64,000 nt of DNA from Steroidobacteraceae bacterium (GTDB taxonomy: Bacteria > Pseudomonadota > Gammaproteobacteria > Steroidobacterales > Steroidobacteraceae). Positions 27,988 to 34,650 of the stretch are shown in pieces. The notes under the pieces are model-generated. The model searched no databases. It was not told the origin of the DNA and saw nothing but the letters and a program-made list of their open reading frames with translations. The translations under genes and the position numbers were made by a program. The first letter of the stretch is position 1. The number at the start of each line of letters is the position of its first letter. The DNA is taken from NCBI GenBank assembly GCA_036555785.1, contig DATBKP010000173.1, forward strand, positions 21,299 through 85,298. The letters are read 5' to 3'.

Positions 27988-30900
27988 TCAGCTGCGCACA
28001 GCCTGTGCCAGGTATTTCGCGGCTTTGTCCGGCCGGCCCGTGCTCTGATACAACCGGCCGAGCCAGCGATCCGAGCTCTTCAGGTAGTAACTCACCGCGC
28101 CGCTGCCGCCGTGGAGCACCGCATGGCTGTCCACGAGCAGCGGCTCGGCCCGATCGAATTGCCTCAGGCCCGCGCGCGCCGCGCCTTCGGCGCTGGCGGC
28201 CGTCGCGGTCCTCCAGTGATCGGCGCCGAGCGATTTCAGAAACAGGGCATGCGCGTCGGTCGCGAGCTGCAGCGCTTCGTCGTAGCGCTGGGTCTCGATC
28301 AGCACGCCGGCGAGCAGCGTCATGGTCGCCGCGGTGTCGGCGTGCTCCGGACCGAGACGCTTGCGGCGCACTTCGAGCGCGTCGCGCAGCAACTTCTCCG
28401 CCGCCGCGAAATCGTTGCGCTCCATCATCCACATCGCGAGATTGCTCATGCCGCGCGCGACCGATGGATGGTCTGCGCCGAGTGCGCGCGTATAGGTGTC
28501 GAGAGCCGCGCGCGACAGCTCGATGGACGTCTTCAGGTCGCCCTTGTCGTGCACGACGAACGCCAGGTTGTTGAGCGTCATCGCAACGTCCGGATGATCC
28601 GCGCCGAGGAGCTTGCGCTGCATCTGCAGCGCACTTTCGTAATACTGCTCCGCCTCGTCGTACTTGCGCTGCTCGTACAGCGCGCCCGCCACGTTGTTGA
28701 GCCCGATCGCGATCTCCGGATGCGAGCTGCCGAGCAGCACGCGCTTCATATCCAGCGCCTCGCGGAACAGCTGCTCGGCTTCGCGGCTCTGGCCGGTCTC
28801 GTCGATCACGAAGCCCAGGTTGTTCAGCGCCTCGGCGAGCGCCGGGTGCGGCCCGTCGTGGATCTCGCGCCGTATCGCCACCGCTTGCCGCAGCAGCTTT
28901 GCGGCGTCCTGATACGAGCCCTGGTCGTAGAGATTCAGCGCCAGACCTTCCAGGCTCTGCGCGACTTCCGCGCTGCGCGCGGGGAACAGCTTCTTGCGCA
29001 GCGCCAGCGCTTCGCGGAACAGCGGTTCGGCCTGGGTGAATTCGCCCCTGCGACCGAGCAGGTCGCCGAGCTCATACACGCTGCGCGCAGTGTCGACGTT
29101 TTCGTTGCCGAGCATCTCGCGACGCATCGCCAGCGCTTCGCGATACATCTGCTCCGCGGGCTCGTACTCGGCCTTGAGCTTGAGCACTTCGCCCAGACGA
29201 TCCAGCGAGCGCGCGACTTCCGGATGCTTTTCACCGTACAGCGCGCGCCGCTTCTCGAGCGCACTGCGCAGCAGCCCCACCGCCTGGTCGTACAGCCCGA
29301 GGCTGGTATAGACGGTGCCCATCGTTTCCATGAGCGTCGCCTGCGTCGCCGGCTGCGTCTTCAGCTCCGTGTCGATGCGCAAGGCGCCCTTGTCCATGAT
29401 CTCGCGGGCAGTGATCGTGTTGCCGCGCGCTTCGCTCGGATCCGCGACGTTGAACAGGTCGATCATGAAGTTCGTCGTCTGCTTCGCGGTCTCGGCCTCG
29501 GTCTCGGCGCTGCGGCGCGCCTGGTTCGCCAGTCCGCGCTGGTGATCGGCGAAGTAAGCGAAGAAGCCCGCGAGAATGGCCAGCGCAGCGATGCCGATCA
29601 CGGCGCCCGTGCGCATCCGCTGGACGCGCCGCTCGCGCGCCATCGAAGCCTGGATGAATCCGGCTTCGTCGGCCGCCAGCTCGATTCCCTGCTCCAGCAG
29701 CGATTCCGCTTCCACCAGCGGCTTGCCCGGCGGCAGCAACAGGTCGTTGCTCTTGTTCTCCGCCGCCCAGCGCTCGGCTGCAGCGGCGATACGCGAGCGC
29801 ACGCGCAGGTTCTCGCGGTTCTGCGCCACCCAATCGGTGACGCGCGGCCAGTGCCAGAGCAACGCTTCGTGCGCGACGGTGACCACGGCGCTGCCGTCAT
29901 CGGCGAGCTCGGTGACGTACAGCCGGTTCTCGACGAATGCGTCGATCAGCACGCGACTCTTGCCGGTGAACCGATCGGACCACGGCGCGCGCTTGCGGCC
30001 GACAGTCTCGTGCCCATCCTGCTCGATGCTCACCAGCGCGTTGAGCACTTTCGGCAGCTCGGCCTCCACGTCGTCCGGCAATTCCTTGAACACCGCTTCG
30101 GCGCGCTGCGCCAGCGAGCCTTCGACGCCGCCGAGCTCGCGGTAGGCCGCGAGCGTCAGCAATCCGTCCTCGGTGCGCCGCTGATAGAGCTCTTCGAGCG
30201 TGAACTGCAGCAGCGGCAGGATCTCGGGTCGCGCGACTGCCGCGTCGCGCAGCATGTCGTCGAGCGACTCGTTGGTGTTCGGATCTTCTTCGAAGCGCAG
30301 ACCGGCCGCGCGCGTCGGCAGCCGGATCATCTGTCCGATCTCGCTCGCGTTCGGCGGCATCAGGTCGTATTGGCCCGCGCCTTCCTTCAGCGCGCTGAGT
30401 TTCGGCAGCGCCGCCAGTCGCGGGTAGAAATCGCTGCGCAGCGTGCAAATGACCCACACTCGGCCGCTGCGTGCGAACGCGTCGACGACCTCGATGAACG
30501 CCTCGCGATGCTCGGGTGTGATGCCCTCGTGCGTGAACATCTCTTCCATCTGGTCGATGACCAGCGCGAGCCGGCCATTCGACTTGTCGCCGCCCGCCTC
30601 GCGCGCGAGCGCATTGCGGACGAGCGCCGTCGCTGCCTGCGGCGACTGGCGCAGCACCTGTGCGAGCTCATCGGCACCCGTGCCGTCGGCGTCGAGCGAG
30701 GGCAGGGCATCCTCCTTCAGCAGCGCCCGCGCGAGACCGGCGAAGATGTCGCCCCGAACGTCGGTTGGCCTGAACACGGCGCGTCGCCAGAACGCGATGC
30801 CTTCGATCACGCCGGGCTTGGTCAGCATCGGCAGCACGCCGGCACGCACGACCGAGGATTTGCCGCCGCCGCTCATGCCGAGGATCAACACGAACGAGCG

Positions 30901-31629
30901 ACCGTCGGCCGCCTGTGCGCGCAGCGCCTGTAGAATGCCGGACACCGCGCGCGTGCGGCCGAAGAAGACCGGAGCGTGCTCGAACTCGAACGCCGCGAGG
31001 CCGCGGAACGGCGAGCCCCTCTTCCAGACATCGCGTGCTTCGGAGGTGCCGGCTGCGCTGCGCGGCAGCTGCCGCTCGATCAGCCGCCGGAGGTGATTCT
31101 CCAGCAGGATCTCGAAATCGCTCGGCGACTCGAACGGATGGAAGGCCGCGACCAGCGTGCCCTCGGTGCGATCGTGGAACCACTTGTCGATGAACTCGTC
31201 GAGCTTCTTCTTCTGCGCCAGCCGCTCCATCAGGTCGCGCTCGTCGTCGAGCCGCACCGACGGCGGCGCAGTGCGCCGATAGACGAGCAGGTCCGGCTTG
31301 CCGTTCTTGCGGAAGCCTTCCATCGCTTCCTCGAACTCGTACTCGGTGCCGGATTCGTAGCGCGAGCCGTCGGCACGCGTGAACTGCGCCGGCAGCGGCG
31401 TGCCCAGGCGCGACCAGACGATGCAGACGACGACGTCCGCCTCGGACGGTTTGACCAGTTGCACCTGGAACGTGGCGGTGGCGACGAGGGGCTCGTGCTC
31501 CCACAGCACGGTTTCGAGAGCGACGCGGCCCATGTACTCGCTTTGCAGCCGCTCGATGACGCGGCCGGCGAGGGCACGCTCCTCGCACACATCGCCGGGC
31601 GAAGAGATGAAGAACTGCAGCTTCCTCAC
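27988..31629 (-). CDS. DUF4062/TIR-like N-terminal domain + nSTAND1-type P-loop NTPase + single TM helix + TPR array
   Basis: N-domain: KLQFFISSPGDVCEER...ADVVVCIVWSRLGTPLP...SGTEYEFEEA. NTPase: PFRGLAAFEFEHAPVFFGR, Walker A GMSGGGKSS (nt ~30853-30879), Walker B LALVIDQMEE (nt ~30541-30570), VAHEALLWHWPRV. TM helix GAVIGIAALAILAGFFAYFA (nt ~29551-29610) follows RERRVQRMR. About 470 aa of TPR follow. The probable start is GTG 31629 (MRKLQFF); the track start TTG 31686 is the alternative. Confidence 0.9.
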   Translation of the reverse strand: MRKLQFFISSPGDVCEERALAGRVIERLQSEYMGRVALETVLWEHEPLVATATFQVQLVKPSEADVVVCIVWSRLGTPLPAQFTRADGSRYESGTEYEFEEAMEGFRKNGKPDLLVYRRTAPPSVRLDDERDLMERLAQKKKLDEFIDKWFHDRTEGTLVAAFHPFESPSDFEILLENHLRRLIERQLPRSAAGTSEARDVWKRGSPFRGLAAFEFEHAPVFFGRTRAVSGILQALRAQAADGRSFVLILGMSGGGKSSVVRAGVLPMLTKPGVIEGIAFWRRAVFRPTDVRGDIFAGLARALLKEDALPSLDADGTGADELAQVLRQSPQAATALVRNALAREAGGDKSNGRLALVIDQMEEMFTHEGITPEHREAFIEVVDAFARSGRVWVICTLRSDFYPRLAALPKLSALKEGAGQYDLMPPNASEIGQMIRLPTRAAGLRFEEDPNTNESLDDMLRDAAVARPEILPLLQFTLEELYQRRTEDGLLTLAAYRELGGVEGSLAQRAEAVFKELPDDVEAELPKVLNALVSIEQDGHETVGRKRAPWSDRFTGKSRVLIDAFVENRLYVTELADDGSAVVTVAHEALLWHWPRVTDWVAQNRENLRVRSRIAAAAERWAAENKSNDLLLPPGKPLVEAESLLEQGIELAADEAGFIQASMARERRVQRMRTGAVIGIAALAILAGFFAYFADHQRGLANQARRSAETEAETAKQTTNFMIDLFNVADPSEARGNTITAREIMDKGALRIDTELKTQPATQATLMETMGTVYTSLGLYDQAVGLLRSALEKRRALYGEKHPEVARSLDRLGEVLKLKAEYEPAEQMYREALAMRREMLGNENVDTARSVYELGDLLGRRGEFTQAEPLFREALALRKKLFPARSAEVAQSLEGLALNLYDQGSYQDAAKLLRQAVAIRREIHDGPHPALAEALNNLGFVIDETGQSREAEQLFREALDMKRVLLGSSHPEIAIGLNNVAGALYEQRKYDEAEQYYESALQMQRKLLGADHPDVAMTLNNLAFVVHDKGDLKTSIELSRAALDTYTRALGADHPSVARGMSNLAMWMMERNDFAAAEKLLRDALEVRRKRLGPEHADTAATMTLLAGVLIETQRYDEALQLATDAHALFLKSLGADHWRTATAASAEGAARAGLRQFDRAEPLLVDSHAVLHGGSGAVSYYLKSSDRWLGRLYQSTGRPDKAAKYLAQAVRS

Positions 31630-31773
31630 GTTTCGCCCTGTGATCGGTATCGCGACAGTGATTCTCGCGCCGGACTGTACTCTCAAAAGTCTTGCTGTGA
31701 AAGCCGTAAATACTTGTAGCGCCTTGCATTATGAACTCACAATGCGCGTCCTCCGTTGTCGGCTTTTTTGACT
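31630..31773. promoter_or_regulatory. Divergent control region between the STAND and SLOG-SLATT genes, locally AT-rich
   Basis: The stretch ctcaaaagtcttgctgtgaaagccgtaaatacttgtagcgccttgcattatgaactcacaatg is far less GC-rich than its surroundings. Possible sigma70-like TTGTAG-N17-TCACAAT on the + strand. Confidence 0.4.
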
Positions 31774-33510
31774 ATGAGCTCACCTTTCGTAATCGGCGTG
31801 TCCGGACATCGCGATCTGCACTCCGGCGCGCTCTCGCAACTCAGCCTCCGGATCGACGAGTTCCTGGCCGACCTGAAGCGGCGCCTGCCCGATACCGAGC
31901 TGCGCATCATGACGGGCATGGCGCAAGGCGCGGATCTGCTGGTGGCGCGAGCGGCGGCGAGGGCCGGATGCAAGGTGGATGCGGTGCTGCCGATGCCGCT
32001 CGAGGAGTACATCGCGGACTTCGACGCGGAGTCGTCGACGGCGCTGCGCGCGTTGCTCGCGGATCCGGCGGTCGCCTGCACGGTACTGCAGCCCCCGCCC
32101 GGATCCGATACGAGTGATGTATCCGGCGCCAGTCGCTCGGCGTTCTATGCGAATCTCACGCACACGCTGACCGCGAAGTGCAATCTGCTGCTCGCACTCT
32201 GGGATGGCCGCACTTCTGCGCTCGAGGGCGGCACGGCGGACACCGTGCTGCGTTATCTCGGCGCGCGCACTCATCACGGCCACAACGAGTCGCAGATCGA
32301 GTTCCAGGCCGCGACTGCCGAGGCGGCCTGGGGTCCGCATTTCGTGTACTGGATTCCAACGCTGCGCAGCGACGGCGCGGCGCTGACGTCAGCTGAGCCA
32401 GCCTACCTGACCGGCATAGGCGAGCATCTGCTGGCCGACCACGGTAGGCAGATGCCGCACGCACTGGCGCTGCAGTTCGTCGAGCTGAGTACCTACAACC
32501 ACGAGTTTGCGCGGCTGAGCGGCAAGCACGCCTTCGCGCGGCTGGACACCTTGTTGCCGACGCTGGGCTCGGTCGACGCCGCGGACGAGCGTGGGGCGCT
32601 GCAGCGGATCGACGCGGAGTACGGCAAAGCGGATGCACTCGCGATCTACTATCAGCGGCACTCCGACCGGCTGTTCCGTGGCTTCAGCTACACGGCGTCA
32701 TGCATGGCGCTGCTGTTCCTGATCTACGCCAAGCTCTGGGCAAACTCCGTGCTGCTATCCGTCTATCTCACGATCCTGCTGCTCAGTGTCGTGGTGTTCC
32801 ATCGCTTGCGCACGCGCCAGTGGTTCTCGAAGCACCTGGTCTATCGCGTGCTGGCCGAGACGATGCGCATCAAGTTCTTCCTGCGCGCCGTCGGCGCCGA
32901 CCGGCTCGTCAGCGCCGCCGAGCTGATCAATCTCACCGGGATCGATCAGTTCACCGGCTTCAGCTGGATCGGCAATCTGCTGAAGAACGTGGAGCCGATC
33001 GACGTGCGCGCACGCAACGGCGAGGCTGTGGAGCGCGCGCGTCTCGCGAACGTGCATCGGCACTGGATCGTCGGTCAGCAGGAATACTTCCGCAGGCGGG
33101 TGCGCGCGCTGGAGCGCGACCATCGACGACTGGAAGTACTAAAGAGTGCGCTGCTCTATGCGATCGCGACGTTCGCGCTGATCCTGCTGGTGTTCGCCAT
33201 CCCGTTGCACGAGCGGCTGCTCGGCGCGGTCACCTGGAAGGACGCGGTGCTGTTCCTGATGGGCCTGCTGCCGGTATGGCTCGGCATCTGGGAGCTCTAC
33301 CAGAACAAGATGGCGATGCGCGAGCTGCTGTGGCAGTACCGCAATCAGCTCGGCCACTTCACCATCGCCGAGCTGCAGCTGTCGCGCGATACGACGGCGG
33401 ACCGTTCACAGGAAATTCTCGCGCAAGTCGGCAAGGAAGCGCTGATGGAGAGCTATCTGTGGACGATCCACCGCTTCCATCGCGAGTACGAGCCGCCGGC
33501 GGCGACGTGA
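31774..33510 (+). CDS. SLOG-like Rossmannoid domain fused to two SLATT/DUF4231-like 2TM modules
   Basis: N-domain: FVIGVSGHRD...RIMTGMAQGADLLVARAAARAG...VLPMP...LLLALWDG..SALEGGTADTV. The first 2TM pair is aa 304-343 (nt ~32683-32802), followed by W..H.VYRVLAETMR. The second pair is aa 457-508 (nt ~33142-33297), preceded by QQEYFRRRVRALERDHRR. ATG at 31774; the track start 31756 is TTG. Confidence 0.8.
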   Translation: MSSPFVIGVSGHRDLHSGALSQLSLRIDEFLADLKRRLPDTELRIMTGMAQGADLLVARAAARAGCKVDAVLPMPLEEYIADFDAESSTALRALLADPAVACTVLQPPPGSDTSDVSGASRSAFYANLTHTLTAKCNLLLALWDGRTSALEGGTADTVLRYLGARTHHGHNESQIEFQAATAEAAWGPHFVYWIPTLRSDGAALTSAEPAYLTGIGEHLLADHGRQMPHALALQFVELSTYNHEFARLSGKHAFARLDTLLPTLGSVDAADERGALQRIDAEYGKADALAIYYQRHSDRLFRGFSYTASCMALLFLIYAKLWANSVLLSVYLTILLLSVVVFHRLRTRQWFSKHLVYRVLAETMRIKFFLRAVGADRLVSAAELINLTGIDQFTGFSWIGNLLKNVEPIDVRARNGEAVERARLANVHRHWIVGQQEYFRRRVRALERDHRRLEVLKSALLYAIATFALILLVFAIPLHERLLGAVTWKDAVLFLMGLLPVWLGIWELYQNKMAMRELLWQYRNQLGHFTIAELQLSRDTTADRSQEILAQVGKEALMESYLWTIHRFHREYEPPAAT

Positions 33511-33519
33511 GCGGATCGC

Positions 33520-34428
33520 TTATTTCGCTTGGGCCTTGCGCTGCGCGGCCTCGTCGGCGCGCTTCTTGGCACGCTGCTCGCCGGGCATGAGATAGCCGAC
33601 CGGCAGCAACGCCTCGACCTTCAGCTGCGGCTTGAACGAACGCGAATCGCACGACAGCGACGAGCTGTTCACCTTGAAGCCGAGCTCGCGGAACACGGTG
33701 CGGGACATCTGCTCGAGCAGCTCGCAATCGAGCGGCTCGAGCTCGATCGTCTCGTGCGACAGGTGGACCTCGCGGCGCTCGGCGGCGAAGAAGATCGGAT
33801 CGTCCATCGCCGTCGACGGATTGCCCTGCACGCGCGAGACCAGTGCACGGCGCGACTTGTCCCGCTCCACTTCGGCGAGGATCTCCGGCGTGATGACGAC
33901 CGGCAGCATGAGCTGGATGTAGACCGGCGTCGTTTGCGACTTGTAACGATCGAACTGGTCGCCGTGGGTCAACGTCTGGCGGCGCGCCATCCGCTGGTCG
34001 ATCGGGCTGCGCATGAGGTCGTTGTTGCTGCCGGTGAAGTCGCCGCCGCCGGGCTGAAACGTGCCCGAGGCGTTCGGGTCCGACCTGCGGGGCGAGCGGG
34101 CATCGGTCACGAACGCATCGCATTCGCGAGCGCTCACCTGGACGTCGTCGCGCGCGCCCAGCTCGCGCAGGATCGTCGCGACGCGATTACGGATCTCGTC
34201 GCACGCCAGGATGCTGTTGGTGCTGCGATAAGTGAAGTTGACTTCGCGCGCCTTCAGCACCGCGGCAAATTGCCCGGGCGGCAATTGCTGGGCCTGCTCC
34301 TGCGTATGCAGCTGCTCTTGCGTGCTCTGCGCAGCCGGATCCTGCTCCTGCGCGCAAAGCGCGCTGCAAATCGCGAGCGAGCCGGTGGCAACCGCGACCA
34401 GCGCGGAGCGGGTGAGTGTGCGAGGCAT
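33520..34428 (-). CDS. Secreted Cys-repeat protein, paralog B
   Basis: ATG at 34428 with signal peptide MPRTLTRSALVAVATGSLAICSALCA. Same two-module Cys pattern as paralog A, a Q-rich N-terminal linker and a basic tail. Confidence 0.75.
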   Translation of the reverse strand: MPRTLTRSALVAVATGSLAICSALCAQEQDPAAQSTQEQLHTQEQAQQLPPGQFAAVLKAREVNFTYRSTNSILACDEIRNRVATILRELGARDDVQVSARECDAFVTDARSPRRSDPNASGTFQPGGGDFTGSNNDLMRSPIDQRMARRQTLTHGDQFDRYKSQTTPVYIQLMLPVVITPEILAEVERDKSRRALVSRVQGNPSTAMDDPIFFAAERREVHLSHETIELEPLDCELLEQMSRTVFRELGFKVNSSSLSCDSRSFKPQLKVEALLPVGYLMPGEQRAKKRADEAAQRKAQAK

Positions 34429-34650
34429 GCGAGCGACTGTACTCCCAAAAATCCGGCGGCGGAACCCACGCCAGGCCTGCGTTTCATGCTCGCTGACAAC
34501 ATGAAAAGCGCCCTGATTTGTCCGACGCGGCCGGCCGTTGCACCCGTCGATCGCTCCTTTATTACATTACCGGGCGCGCACTTCCGCTGCGATCCCTATT
34601 CCGCAACCACCGCTCCGAGGACTATCCTTGCGGTACTTCAGGGGGGAGTC

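Noticed and set aside
28111-30933. 940-aa ORF on the + strand antisense to the STAND gene
   Set aside because: Arg/Ala/Leu/Gly-rich low-information translation with no motifs. It mirrors the codon phase of a GC-rich gene whose own frame carries Walker A/B, a TM helix and TPR repeats. Classic high-GC shadow ORF.
30668-31729. 353-aa same-strand, alternate-frame ORF over the 5' part of the STAND gene
   Set aside because: Arg-rich nonsense translation. The overlapping frame encodes the conserved DUF4062-like and P-loop motifs.
33529-34650. N-terminal 374 codons of the 880-aa track ORF 33529-36171
   Set aside because: It is antisense to Cys-repeat paralog B, which has a signal peptide and a paralog. 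The convincing protein starts at ATG 34651, behind a GGGGGGAG ribosome-binding site.
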